NCBI GenBank assembly: GCA_022813965.1 | Contig: JALDZS010000015.1 | Location: 62,001-126,000, forward strand | From: Toensbergia leucococca | Lineage: Eukaryota | Direction of reading: 5' to 3' | Length of the DNA stretch: 64,000 nucleotides | Shown: piece after piece, positions 1-13,521 of the stretch | How positions within the stretch are numbered: the first letter of the stretch is position 1 | Layout of the letters: each line of letters begins with the position of its first letter | Notes under the pieces: generated by a model | What the model was told of the DNA's origin: nothing | The model's database searches: none | The model's input: the letters and a program-made list of their open reading frames with translations, nothing else | Made by a program: the position numbers and the translations under genes

Positions 1-734
1 GTTTCGCCGAAGCAATGCAGCAGATTGGGATAAGAAAGGATGACGAGATCGTGGTTTATGATACTGAAGAGCTTGGTATCTTCAGTGCTCCCCGTGTTGG
101 GTGGACCTTCAAGGTCTTCGGACATCCTGGTGTTCACATTCTGAACAATTTTCGGCTGTGGGTGGAGGAAGGTTATCCCACCGAAAGCGGAGAGATTGCC
201 GCGGCCGAGGAAGGGCTGAGTCATTATCCTGTACCCAATGTGGATCCAGGAAAGGTGGTCCGTTTTGGGGAAATGAAAGATATCGCAAAAGATTATGGCA
301 AGGAAGGGGCAGAGGGTATTCAGATACTTGACGCACGAAGTGAAGGGCGTTGGGCAGGTAGCGAACCAGAACCAAGGCCGGGACTGCCAAGTGGGCATGT
401 GCCTGGTAGTTTCAGCTTACCGTTGACTGAGCTCTTGGATCCGAAGACTGGTGCTCTTTTGCCAGGGGACGACCTGAGGCGAATCTTTGAAGCCAAGGGT
501 ATTGATCCTGATAAGCCGATTATCAGTAGCTGCGGGACAGGTGTAACTGCGGCTGTCATAGACGCTGCGCTGAATGAAGCGGACTACGGCCAAGTAAATA
601 ACAGAAGACTTTATGACGGAAGTTGGACGTGAGTAGGAGTCCTTCATCGTTATCAGCTATATACTAATAGGGCTGCTAGTGAATGGGCACAACGAGTCAC
701 TGAGGCTGAAGGATTGATACGGAGGACAAAGTAA
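1..734 (+). CDS. TUM1: 3-mercaptopyruvate/thiosulfate sulfurtransferase (tandem rhodanese), 5'-truncated by window edge
   Basis: Motifs DARSEGRW, SGHVPGS, active loop CGTGVTA and LYDGSWTEW. Intron 629-679 (GTGAGT..CTAAT..TAG) joins GSWT|EWAQR; stop 732-734. Confidence 0.9.
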
Positions 735-1429
735 GGAGGAAATGGCAGCTTCGACCTATGTCTGAGCCTTTCAAACCAGGTGTTGCTTCATCTATCGATG
801 GCTTGAACCTTTGAGGAAAGACTTCCTTCATCTAGCTTGATACCCACTCTTAGCTTGTCTTTAAATGTACTCGTATCTTAGAGAAATCATTGTACACTGG
901 CATGCTCAGATGTCACTGTGGTACTCGTGATATTTTGCATATCTTGCCATGTGAAAGCTTCTCTTGAGGTACCTTTCCTACCTTACCTTAGCCAGTCCGA
1001 GTCATTAAATCATTCCGGAAAGGGCTTAGTTATACGGAGTAGGTTTCGCGAACCGCCCCGCAATCTAAAATCACACTCATCATTCAAACACTTTTCCACT
1101 TTGGTCGTGTGAATTCTTAGACACTTCACTCTTTTGACTTCCTGAGTCTCGGCCTGGGTCGCTCCATATCTTTATTCCACACTCCCATGCTTTCAGTCAG
1201 GCATAAAATAGGTCTGCTGGAAATTCAACAGGCCAGACAGATACAAAATGTACAACAGCGTTCAGCCTCAAGGAAGACTTGATACAGGTGCACCATTTCG
1301 ATATCACTTGGATGACTAGATAGGTCATGTCACTGACTACGTTTAGGCCCTTTGAACGGGCCTGCCCAAATTGCGCGACAGCGTCCATGAGACCACGAAC
1401 ACATTGCAAGCATAGCTTCTGCTACTGAA

Positions 1430-3820
1430 ATGGAGACCTTAACTTGCGTCGTGGACGCTACAACCCTGATCGACAATATCTATGAAATCAAGGACTGGGT
1501 CCGAAATGGTTACATACACCTTATTGTCCCTCTGTGTAGTAGGTCGGGTGAATACCCATATACCTTGTTGTATTATTGACCAAGATGCTAGCAATGGAGA
1601 GAGTTGAAGAACTCAGTCTACAGTCTAAAGAAAAGATGGCTCGAGAGCAAGAAGCACGAAAGCAAGAAAGCCAACAGAAGTCATTTAGGAGGCGTACACA
1701 AAAAGAGTATCCGCCATACGACAGAAACCCTCAGGTGGCTGGCGAATTCCTTGCAAGGGCCCATGACGAAGACGGAAAATATGACGTGAGATTCCAACAC
1801 CCCGCGCAAGAATATTCGTCGTGGGAGGAGGTGCAAAAGCCAGCGGAGAACGGTGGGACCGAAGAACGCCCCACAACTTTTGCTCAGGCTCTTCGTTCCA
1901 AGCTGAATAACGGCAAAGGATTCGAGTTATCTTCTAATATGGCTAATGGCATAAAAGGTCACTTCACACTCGACTAAGACCTATTGAGCGAATGCTAACA
2001 CACATTTAGGCCACGTAAAGCCAAAACTAGTTGCGCGAGCTTCCAGTGGCGATAAGTCTCCATGGAAGATCGCCAAAAAGCCCCCCACAGTCCCAACAGA
2101 TGATGTGCCTCGAGCAATGAAGCCATTAATTAGCTACACACTTTGGCTCCTGTATGAGGATAATAGTAGAGATGATGCAAGCCCACTGGTACTTCTAAGT
2201 AATGACCTTGGAACACGCAGCGTGGCGGAAAAAATTGAATTCAAGACTATGCGTGTTGAAGAGATTCGTCAAAGATTGCACGAAAATGATGGAAACCGCA
2301 ATGTTGAGACTAACATAATGACAGAATTTGGTGTACAAGGCCACAAAAATGGCAATAGTGCAGCAAATATCTTAAATTTATCTGAAGAGGGTCTAGTTGA
2401 AGACACTAGTACTTCAACGACGAACGGTATGACAAAAGATATTATTTGCGAGGGAAACACCCTTTATCAGAACGGCGTAGACGGGCTCAGTAATGAATTG
2501 GAGAAGATAGGAGGAGAAGAAAGAGACATTATATCAGACAGGGACGATCAGACTTCAACGGACAAGATCAGCGCAAATATTGAGGAAAATGCTAAGGGGA
2601 TAAATGAATTGGCTGAATACACGTGTGCTACTACATTCGCCAACCTGACGATGGACAACGTCGATACTGTTTCTGAGACACATCCTCTGTCTTTGCATGA
2701 AGTCAATGTGATATTGACTAGCATGACTGCAGTGGACCTCAGTATAACGTCCAAGGGGAGCGAAAACTCTAATAGCCTAAATTCGTCTCCAGACTTGTTA
2801 CCAAAGCCTGCAGACATACTTTTAGCTGGGCTTACCATTGAAGGGCCAGGAATCGAGAATGGGGCTTTACCAATCGATGAGAATCTTTCGAATGTCAACA
2901 ATAGGAAGGCCATCGAGGTTACTGCAGCACCTACCGGCTTGGGGAGGATTTCAAGTAATGGCTCCAAAAAACGCAGCAAGGGTCCCAAGATGACCAACGG
3001 AAAACCAATTGATCGGGTTGAATTCTCCAAGGCTAGTTATAGGGGAACAAGGTCTCCTCCTAAGAAACAGGAGGCTTTGCCGCACGACTTGGAGATTTAT
3101 CCAGAGCAGAAGATAACTTTACTTCAAAAGAAACCCTTAAGCCCCAAAATACTACAGCGTCCAGTTGTCAATCAGCAACCAGATCATCGTCCCTCACCTC
3201 CTTCGCCTCAGCGTCCAGTAGTCAATCAACGACCGGATCATCGTTCTTCGCCTCCTTCGCCCCAGCGTTCAGTTGTTAGCCACCAATCCGAGCATCGCTC
3301 TTCGCGCCCTCTAATGCAGTACCCAGTGGTGAATTTGCAACTAGATCATCATTCCTCGCCTCATTCACCCCTACGCTCACCGTTCAATCAGCAACCGGAG
3401 CGTTGTTATTTGCCTTCTTCACCAAAATGTGCCAGCCCGAATCGTTCAAGCCACGACGTCAAGGAACTCGAGAATAGCGACGACGAGGTCGTTGTATTCA
3501 ATCCCAAAGCGAAGCGTCTTTCTGCTCAAAGAAAGCCTCCAATCGAGAATCCAAAACCGCTAGCTCCCGTTAGCCATCCCCAGCCGAAGGTCACAGCTCC
3601 CCCTGTAATTATTGATCCTGATGCCTTCGACCGCTCCATCGCCATAAACCCTCGCGCCAACAGCTTTCGGAATAATAGTCCGCGTCATTCGCCCCGTCAT
3701 TCTCCACGTAATAGCATTCGTGGACTTCCTCGGACGTCAGAGCCGGATGTTGACTTTGTCCTGAAGTCGGGGTCACCCAGGGGTGCTACGCGAGGGAGTA
3801 AAACGCTGTGGGTTGGGTAG
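1430..3820 (+). CDS. PIN-domain-like protein with long disordered C-terminus
   Basis: Spliced N-terminus METLTCVVDATTLID..LIVPLC-TMERVEEL and later PLVLLSNDLGTRSVA resemble PIN motifs. Introns ~1539-1591 and ~1958-2009 link the ORF segments. Confidence 0.6.
3155..3424 (+). repeat. Five degenerate 54-bp in-frame tandem repeats (QRPVVNQQPDHRPSPPSP)
   Basis: Units start at 3155, 3209, 3263, 3317 and 3371. Confidence 0.85.
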
Positions 3821-5465
3821 CAGAAATGTGGATCCATCCATCGAAGGCGTAATGCTAGAATCCCACTAACCATGGGCACGATCTATGGACAATATCGGCC
3901 AAGCATCCAAAATATGGGATGTACCACCTGTCGATAGTGCTCGCTTCTGACGAGGGTTACTTTAAACGCTCAACGGAAACGGAGATTTAACAGGATTGAA
4001 TTCTCCCAGACGGGAATATTTCATTGGGGTGCATGAATGCAATCTCGATGTGGGATAACCAAGGTCCAAAATAGGTGTTTCTATTCCGAGAATGAGTGTG
4101 CAGGCGGAGGTGGAGGCAGGAACGGAGAATTTGTAAAAGGGGGAAGTCAGATTGTTTCAACTAGATTGCCCATTTGTTTTTTTCCGCAGGCGTTTTTTGA
4201 GGCTTTTTACTATTTTCAAGTTGGGTTTTAATTGCTTTCCCCTCGGGGGAAAAAAAATGTCTTTTGCGGGCGTTTTGTGTATGTAAATGGGGTTCAAAGT
4301 TTAGATTCAATGGATTAATTTATTGGAATCTTTGTTTGGGTGTGCATTGCTGATTTGGGGGGCCGGGTTTTGGGTGAAAATGGGGGGATTGAAGAATCTA
4401 GCAAGGGTAAATGGATTGTTAAGTGATAAACTATTTTGCTTGATCTACCTAGGTATCCTACTACTACGTATAAGGTAGCAGGTATATATCGATCAGAGCT
4501 TCCTCAGTCTTTTATCACTTTATCCTTCCCTTTTTTTGCATACCTACATAAATGAATCTCACATGAAATTGAACACCACTGTTGAACAAAAACCTCTGCT
4601 TTTTCATCCTTCTGTCTGATGATTCTGATGAACTCACACACATTCGTAGAGTAAAAAAATTTATGTCATTGATTATTTGGAAGAGGTAATCCGCCTTGAA
4701 TTGAAATTGAAATGAGATCAAAAACTTTCACAAGCACTCATGGAAAAAAGCCACTTTGAAATAAGTACTCATAAGACCTCACGACCCAACCAAAAATAGT
4801 CAAAAACTCCCTCCCTCACCAACTCCCTCTCTAACCTCTCTCGTCCTATCTCGTTCACAACAAACAAAGCCCTCATCAATCATACCCCTCTCACAGCAAG
4901 AGAATTAAATCAGGTAGTGGATTGAGTAACGGATTGAGTAACGGGATTGGATTGGATAGGCGCTGATATTGTGTGCGATTTTTGCTGGGTTTTGGGGAGT
5001 GGGAAAGGGGAAGGGAAGGGGGGAGGGGAAAGGGGGAAAGGGGAAAGGGGTGTTTGGTGGTGATGGTATGGGGGGAGAGGGAGGGAGGGAGGTGGTGAAT
5101 GGGGGGCGTGGAGCGGATGGTGCGTGGAGATATTTGTGGTGAGGGCTAGTTGAGGAGTGGATGGTGGGCAATGGGTCGGGTGCATATAGAAAGACCTGAT
5201 GAATGGCGGTGACTGCCTTTTCAAGAGGCGCAAGGGCAGTCTTTTTGAAGTCGTATCCGCAGCCCCGATCTACCGTGTAGATAAAACAGAGAAGGCCCGG
5301 TCCCAGTCGTCGGAAAATCCTCCGGGCTTTTCTGGATCATCGATTGCAAAGCACTTCGTAGCCCGGCACCGCATAGACATAGATCTCGGCACCCCATCAC
5401 AGTTCACCAGGAAGAAGCAGCGACGGAGGTCCAAGGCCTCATCTCCCCATCAGCAGCGTCCATGA

Positions 5466-6203
5466 TTACACCCCCCCATCCCCACCCCCAATCCCCTCCT
5501 GCGTCCCCGCCATCCAATTCTCCAACACCTTCCCCACCTCCTCCTTCCCCTTTCCCCTCTTCCGCACAACCAGGCACAGCACGCGCCCATAGATAGCAAA
5601 ACCCTCATACGTCGTCTCGAACGCCAGCTTTTTCTTGTCGTCGGCATCGAGATCTGCTTCTCCGTCGGCGCGTTTGCGCTTTTTCCGCGCCGGGGGCGGG
5701 GAGGCTGCTGCTGCTTCGTCATCATCGGAGGACACGAAGAGGCCTTCCTCGGCATTGTCGTCTCGGCGCGCTGCTGCAGGAGGCACATTTCCCACCCCCA
5801 GCTCCTCCTCCTCCTCCTCGCTCTCCTCCCTCCTCACCTGCATCTCCCCCTCGCTCTCCTCCCTCCTGACTCTCACCCCCTCCCCCTCCCTCACCACCCT
5901 ACCCCTCCTAAGCACACTATGCCCAGTCCCCCTCCCCGCAAACCAAAAACTCGCCTCCCACCCATCCTCCCTCACGGTATCCTTCCACGGGTGCTTATTC
6001 TTCTTACCGCCCGCTTTGGCGCGGTCATTCTCTTCGCGCAGTTTGGGGAGCACGAGGGGTTGGATGGCGCGGATGATGGTTGGGAGGAGCGGGTCGCGGG
6101 GATTAAGGAGGAGAGTGGTAATTAGGGAGGGCGGGTCGGCGTAGATGCGGGTTTCGAGAACGAGGGTGCGGGTTAGGCGCAGGTAGCGGCGGAGGGGGGG
6201 CAT
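5466..6203 (-). CDS. Conserved-looking Pezizomycotina hypothetical protein
   Basis: Single-exon 245 aa ORF. N-terminal RRYLRL..LPKLREENDR and C-terminal KKKLAFETTYEGFAIYGRVLCLVV blocks flank an acidic linker. Confidence 0.75.
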   Translation of the reverse strand: MPPLRRYLRLTRTLVLETRIYADPPSLITTLLLNPRDPLLPTIIRAIQPLVLPKLREENDRAKAGGKKNKHPWKDTVREDGWEASFWFAGRGTGHSVLRRGRVVREGEGVRVRREESEGEMQVRREESEEEEEELGVGNVPPAAARRDDNAEEGLFVSSDDDEAAAASPPPARKKRKRADGEADLDADDKKKLAFETTYEGFAIYGRVLCLVVRKRGKGKEEVGKVLENWMAGTQEGIGGGDGGV

Positions 6204-6640
6204 GCGGCTGGGGTTGGCGGGATAGCTAGGCGAGGTGGGTTTTTGTTTCCTACAGGTCGGATTTCGATTCGGGTTTGGGTTAAATTGTCTGAAAGATTTA
6301 CAATGGTCCGAGGAATCTGAGTGGATAAAATTGCGGAGATGATTCCTGTGTATTTATGTTATCTAAAATTCGCTGGTGGTATGCAGGTAGCCTGCGAGCT
6401 TGCCACCCTGCTTAGTTGACATTGACAGTTGAAGTCGGACTACACACAACGTGTAATTAACAACTGTCTAGACATCTCACTGATTCGATTAGATTATGCA
6501 TCACATGTCATTAGTTTTATATTAGGGTAAGCTAGATACACGTGTGCTCTACATACAGTCATCTGTCTAAAATCATACGACGCCCAAGTGGGCTGAACTC
6601 TATTATTTTCATATGCCCATACCCAGAACCCGTCTCGGAC

Positions 6641-8086
6641 TTAAGATGGTGCCAATCCATGGCTGAACAAGAACTGCTGTATCACCTTGTACGCTCCCGT
6701 GGAGTTGTAGTGTACATTAATGGCGTGTCCTGTGTTTGGTTGGATGTACGCCTCGAAAGCGCTTGCTGCTGGGAATGCCTTTTCCACCGCTGCTGGGATC
6801 GATGCTAGGGCCGGGTCACCCGTCATCATGCAGTCTCCACCGCAGAATATGGCGTCTTGATCTAGGTTTGGTCAGCGGAATCGAACGGAATAAAACCTGA
6901 TCAATACATACCGCCAGTAACTACCAGCACAGGCCCAGTGAACGGATTCACCTTCACAGAACCTCCAATCGTTAGGATTTCACCTAGAGAATAGGGGAAC
7001 TTCGTTGATTCGGCGAAGAACAATATGTCGGGATCAAAGTAGCCTGGATAGAGAAAAGCATACTGATTGCTGCCCGAGTCCACCCAAGTCAGATAGCCCG
7101 TTGGAAGATTTTGCATATGTGGAAGGTCAGTCGGTTGGGCGCCAGCGATGAAATCTGCTAGATCGGTAGATTGGACAACAGATTGAATCTCCTCGATGGT
7201 GACCCCAATCTCAGCCAAGTATCCTGTGATAGCACTTGAGTTAAGGTTGATCTTGCCAAGAAGTGACATTGCCTCCGTCACAGCCGAGTAGCTGATATTT
7301 CCAAACCGCAATGGCTGATTGAGACGTGCTAGCTTGCTATCCCACGCTGCCACAGTAGCAGGGAAGAATGAGCCGTTAGAAGAATATCCTGTGAGAATGA
7401 GACCATCGGATGCGCCTGGATAAGAGGCCGCAAGATTGTAGCTCAATGCTGAACCAAATGAATGACCGACGTGAACGACTTTCGTAAAAGCATGCGGAAC
7501 ACTTGGTAATGTGGCCTTTCGTAACATCATGGTCAACTCATATATGGCAGACGTCTCAGCCGGAGCCTGAATAACGTCCAAGGGATCTGCGATTGATGAA
7601 TTGCCAACACCAAGACGATCAATTGAAAGTGTACAAAAGCCATAGGTATCTACTGCAACGTCTATATAGCTGTAGTTGAAGTTGTCATAAGGAAGATCCC
7701 AGTATCTCCATGTGAGAAGACGTGAGCTCAAGCTATACTGGCGGATCGCGAGGAGCTACTTACGTCTTGTCAAAGCCAATGCCGTGGGTGAGGAGCTGTA
7801 TAGTTGGATCTGATCCATTGGAAGTATCAGGCTTGCAGAATTTGGCACTGATGCTGTAGTTCCCAGTAACGGTGGCGTACTCTAACAACGAGGTTGTTGT
7901 AAAGTTGGCCTTGATGTTTGTGAAGTTCTGAGCAAACGTTGTTGCATCAAGATTTGATTGAAGCGTAGGAATATTGAAGACACCATTCCGCGCAGAAATG
8001 GAGACAGGAACGGTGATGTTTATACACTGCTTCGCCGCTGCTGAGGCAGTCAGGAGCGAGGCAAGTAAAAAGACTGATTGGAACAT
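6641..8086 (-). CDS. Secreted alpha/beta hydrolase
   Basis: Signal peptide, LTHGIGFDKTYWD, DRLGVGNS, nucleophile motif GHSFG, DQDAIFCGGDC and TGHAIN. Introns 7706-7763 and 6862-6911. Confidence 0.88.
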
Positions 8087-9002
8087 GGTCGCGGACGAGT
8101 AACAAATGTGAAAAAGGGTTTGGAGGAGGACTTGGAAGAAGCAAAGGAAAGATATGGAAAGAAAAGGGAAGACAACGGAAGAGACTTAAAGATCGAAAAT
8201 GCGTATCTCATGGCCCATGGTTCAGAAAGTCTCAGCGGTACAACAGTAGCACGGCAGTACTGAATTCCCTAGCTTTGCGTCATCAGCAGCACACGGCAGC
8301 GTGTCCCCGTGCTTTCTCCACGGTGCTTCATGCTTTGGCCAATGATGACGTCGATGCGTTCGATGCTCAGTTCCATTATGAAGCTTCAAGGAAACCAATC
8401 GTCGACTTCTGCTACTTATTGCCGTCTGTCGATTTGTAGCTTCGCACCCCGCAAGGCCAGACCATGCATTGACCCAATTGAGCCAAAGAGCGGGGAAGAA
8501 CATCGAATGAGAGGCCTTTAAGTCATGCGCTTCACGAACCTTCTTCCCTAGTAGGCTCAACGCGGTTGATCGAGTGACGATCTCTTCCCAAAAGAGTGGC
8601 AGCTAAATTACTAGACATCCAGAAATACCGTCCTAGTCGGATAGGTACAGGTAAGTAATTACCTTATTCTGAATATACATTACGGACCGCCACCAATGTT
8701 GGTATCTGCTATGTTTCAGCTACCACAATAAGGTGCTATTTGCCAAGACCTCTGTCTCAATTCGCATTCGAGTCAGCCAATACAGGTAGTTTACGGAGTA
8801 GGTATCCTTACAGTAAAGTTCTTTCATTTCAGTCTTAAATACGAACGAGCCAGGGTCTTAGATGATGACATTGCTCCAGCCAAGCTTCCAACCTCAGCCT
8901 TTACTAGCTCCAAACCTTAAAGCCCACTATTTACATCTGTTGTTTACCTCAGACCGCGGACAGGATGGTGCGCACAATTCAAACGGTGCCATCAATATGA
9001 TA

Positions 9003-11707
9003 ATGTCGTGGTCTGCTAAATTGCCCATTACTGACTCTGCAGCTTTTCCTGCGCAGAAAGGCCCAATGCTTCTTGAAAAGACTCATTCAGATGATTTTGC
9101 TTTCCCACAAACCAATCATTTAATCATTACTACGACCAGGGGTGTCTTCTCCTGGAGTAGCCATGGAGTCACAGAATGCTTCCGTTCAAGCTCGGAAGGT
9201 ATAGTCGCTGCAAGGAAAGCAAATGATGGCACTGGCTTACTTGCCATCGCCGATAGCCAAGTCGTGCTATTGCACGATATCAACAAGGGAATGCAGAAGA
9301 GCTATAGGTTGAAAGGTTCAGATGTTGGTGTACTATGATGCATGGACTCATTGTTGAGTTTTGTTAACCCATACAGGGCCAAGTCCGTTTGCTCAGATAT
9401 GCTGCCGATTCCAACAGTCTTTTCTTTACAACAAGCCTCCAAAACACTGTTCAGTCATATTCCCTTCAGCAGTCCAAGCTTCTCAATCCCTCACATGCCC
9501 ATCCATCGCCTCCTAGTATTATTGCCCTGTCATCCAATTCCCATTTACTTCTCTCCGCGTCTGCTAGTCCACCGACTATTCATCTGACCAACCTCTTGCT
9601 CAACTTACCTCCAACACTCCTTCAGCCAGAATGCTCTTCCTCTGCTGTAGTTGCTGCTGCTTTCCATCCTGAACGGGTAAGCGTCTTCATGTTGGCATTC
9701 GCCGATGGTACGGCTGCAGCGTACGATGCCGTTCATCTAGGTTGCGACAAAGGTAATGGTGGTCGTCGATCAGGTGCAGCAGGGAGTCGCAAAGGTGGCG
9801 AAATATCTCATATTAAGAAGCTACATGCTATAGGTACTTATACAACAACAAGCTCCAAGATTGACTCGAATGACCATGGCTATGCTTATAAGAGTGATAC
9901 AAGCTACGTTGGCGATCGAGGTCTTGGTATCACAGCCATGGCGTTTGTTCCAGGCCTCAAGGCTATAGGTGTCACAGTCGGAGCAGACGGAAAGTGCTGT
10001 GTGGTCGATTTCGCCACTCCCGTACGCAAGGCCGCTCGTCTACTTCATTCATGGCACGTTCGAGCTCCAGCGACGAGTCTATCAATATTGCTACTTAATA
10101 GACCGGCTTCTCCAGCTTTCTTCAATGATCTTAATAATGGTAAAGTCCAAGATGCATCTGTGAAAGGGGTTGTCATTGCTATTGGACGTCAAGATGGAAA
10201 AGTTCTGTTGTTTGACCTTGGTGGCAATCTGCATGGCGAGCAAACTCTAGATCCAGATGGTGCTCGTGTCATTGATGTGGAGTGGCTAAGCGGCTTCGAC
10301 ATTGCTGGGCGGAGGGGCTCAAAAACGGCAGGAGCTATGCCGAAAGAGTCTATTTCTCGAGATACTGCGAAACCACACTTGGCTGGTGGCTCCACCGTCC
10401 TGGTCCCTCTGGTGGAGCCGTTCAAGACTCAGGCGGACGCCCAGAATAATTTAGCGGCCAACTATCTGGACTTGTTCTCACCAGTCAAACCTGTCCCGGA
10501 AATGGTAAAGATTGGTCACCGTAGCTCGTCCAATAAACACAAGAAAATAGCGGGCTCAGGAACTATTATGAAGAGAAAGAAGTTACCTAGCAGCTCTAGG
10601 GTTGCCGAAAATCTACCAGGCGATGCTCAAGCGGACGGTATTTCTGAAATGAAATATCGGGCTGTCTCAACAGTGAAAGGCTCACCTCCGCAAATACCAC
10701 CACGGCCAACTCGCCAGGCAAAGAAACCTCTTCAGCCTGGAACAAACGAGCTTGAAACCAATATTACTAACAACGTTCATAGCATTACTGAAGCTCCTCG
10801 GCCCACTAAAGGATTGGCTTTGTTCGCTCCATACATGAAAAGTGGGATCATTGGGCCACAGAAATTAGTAGGACTAGGCACCAAAGACTTGGAGAGAGGC
10901 GCCGGTGGCCTTGACTCCGAGCAGTCAGAAGACGTGTGGACGGACATTACAACCAAAGAGTTACCACCTGCTCGCAAAATGGCACGAAAACCCCAGACTG
11001 GAAGTCGCAGGACAGTTTCCTTACAAACATCACCACGGGGTACTTCCGAAGCGTCGAACGACATTTTCGTCGACTGGTCTGTGGCGGCAACGCAACATCC
11101 ACTCTCGATTCCCCATGCACCCGGAATTTCTCCCTCGCGAATGACTCAGCAAATTGAAAGGCATCCCATCAGTTTGACTCAGTCATCCGCCTCGAACGAT
11201 GTTATCGTTGAATGGTCATCTCTTAAGCCTTCGCCACGTCAATTCGCCATCCATCAAGATCCGCCAGACCACTTGAAACACATACCTTCTCCTCACCATC
11301 CATTGACAACAGCAGCTGTACATGGCTCTCCCACAGCGGCAATCCTGACCGAAACAAACCCCAACACCCAATCCACGGCACGCTCTCCTCCCAAAGTACC
11401 ACTACGTTCATTTACCAATCACGACAAGAACAACAACAACAACTCGAACGACGAAAACATCTTACTCTGCCCTTGTCACCACCACCAAGACCACACCCAC
11501 TTCCAAGTCTCACTTGAAAAGATCCATAAAACGCTGCATGATGACATGCAGGCCCTGCGCCAGGAACTGGCTCAGCAATTCCAGAAGCAGAAGAGGTGGT
11601 TTGAGGCTTCGATGCGGGAGCAGGAGGGTTTGGTGAGGAAAGTGGAGGAGGAGAATCGGTTGTTGAGGGGGGAGTTGGCGAGGGAGAGGGCGAGGTTGGC
11701 GAGGTGA
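9003..11707 (+). CDS. WD40-repeat protein with C-terminal coiled coil (NEDD1/GCP-WD-like)
   Basis: WD-like blades (AAAFHPE, VTVGADGKCCVVDF, IGRQDGKVLLFDL), disordered middle and a C-terminal helix ending EEENRLLRGEL. Intron 9324-9376. WD40 call is strong; NEDD1 identity is inference. Confidence 0.75.
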
Positions 11708-12744
11708 GGTTGGAGTTGGACTGGCGTTGAGAGGGGGGTTTTTTGGGTGGGGGGGATTGGGAGGGGGTTATTAGGATGGCTGGGATGAGGGGTTGTGTAT
11801 GGTATTCCTTCGTTAGACCTCGTTGTTGAGAAGTTATTTTAGGGAGTAGGGTGTTTTGTACTTAGGCTCGGATTCACAGCATTTTCCTCGGTGCTTTCTT
11901 AGTTTTTTGTCTTTTTTGTTTTGCTGTTGTTCTGGTTGTGAAGGTTGTTATCCAGTCTTGATGTTTATTTGGGTTTGTCGTACTGGGGGGGAGTTTGGAG
12001 GTGGGGGTTTTTTTTTCTTTTAATTTTTGAATTTTCGATTTACTTGACTTTTCGGAGTCCTTGGTGGGGCGGGGAGGGCAATTGAGTTTTGATACATTTT
12101 TGAGTGAATTGCTTTGTTGTTGTTGTTTTTTTGCGCGAGCTTATTGTGATTACGCAAAAGGACATGGGTTGCTGAATAGTGGGATTTTGTGGGGGTACCT
12201 AAACGGATGATTGATTGTGCAATGAAGATGGGTGGAATATTCTTCACATCCCGTTTATCTATTCAAATGTTGTTGAGATTTTTTTTTTTTTTTTAGAATA
12301 GCGGGATTTATGATCTCAGAAACACATTTCCAAAAAAATGATCTCATGGTACGAGTCGGTGTTTGGGGAATGTTCGACATGACTAGGTAGAATATGACTT
12401 GACACTTCACAGTTGGGATATGCAACAAGGCTTTGTTTGACTCGTATGATAAAATCTCAGAGAATGATGATTTCGAGATAGATGCATGATGTGGAAAAAA
12501 AGTCAAAATGTTAGATCGGTACAGGATGTATTTGCTCTGTTATATCTATGCTGGCTTGACAGGTTAAAAGAATCTCTGGGTACTTCAGTTACTCTGATGA
12601 GGTGAAATGTCAAGGAGAGATTAACGGTTGGGAAACAACCTCCTTTTCTTTAAATATAATTCATGTAAACCTCCTTAATAAGGCAACATTGAGCCGGGCA
12701 GATCAAGAAGCTGATGCGAGCTCGAGAAGTTCTAAACAACCACC

Positions 12745-13521
12745 CTAGTTCCCTCCCGGTAGAGCAAGTCCTTTCAGCGCCTCCTCTCGATCCGCCAGCA
12801 CTTTCTGCACAGCCGGTCGTTGAAGCATGCGCTTGAACCAGGCATCGAGGTGGGGGAACTCCAACTCCATATCGGGTTTGTCGTCTCTCATGACGAACCC
12901 GATCCCGTTGTGGAACGGGACAAAACTCAAGTCGGCAGCACTGCACTTGTCACCAACAAGCCATCGTTTGTCTGCAAGCTCGTCGTTAAGAACTTGCAGC
13001 ACGCGACGGAAGTCGTTGACGTAACCGGCACGGGCTGCAGGGTTGGAGTCTATAAATGCCCAATGGAAGATGTGTTGGAGAGTTGGGCCTTGGGTGGTTG
13101 TTTGGAATTGGAGCCATTGCTTCATGTGATAAATTTCAAGTAGGGATGTGAAGGAGATGAGCTTCTCCTTGTCGTATTGCTCGAGAAGATAGTCCATGAT
13201 GGCGCCGGACTGGAATGTTAGCCGCTGTCCTCTATTTATTTTACCGAGCACTTACCTCAGCGAGCACTAAACTGGTATTAGGATCCTCAATGACGGGTGC
13301 CATGCCGTTACGGTTCAAAGCGAGGAACGTTGGCTGCTTCAGCTCGGGAGTCGTGTAGACTTTGGTCGTGAAGGGCACGTTGAGCTCCTCGAGAAGGATA
13401 GTCACCTTCCATGGGTTTGGCCCGGCTAGTGAGGTTCAGCAAAATTGGGGGTCTCGAAGAACCTGATAGTAGTAGATGTCATACGATGGCTGTGCAGGAC
13501 AATTGTCTTAAGAGAAGGCAT
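12745..13521 (-). CDS. Glutathione S-transferase (Ure2/GSTII-like)
   Basis: GPNPWKVTILLEELNVPF, NRNGMAPVIEDPNT, ESGAIMDYL and WLVGDKCSAADLSF motifs across three exons. Confidence 0.9.

Noticed and set aside
5196..5260. CTGATGA hammerhead ribozyme core
   Set aside because: No correctly placed GAAA and stem III were found.
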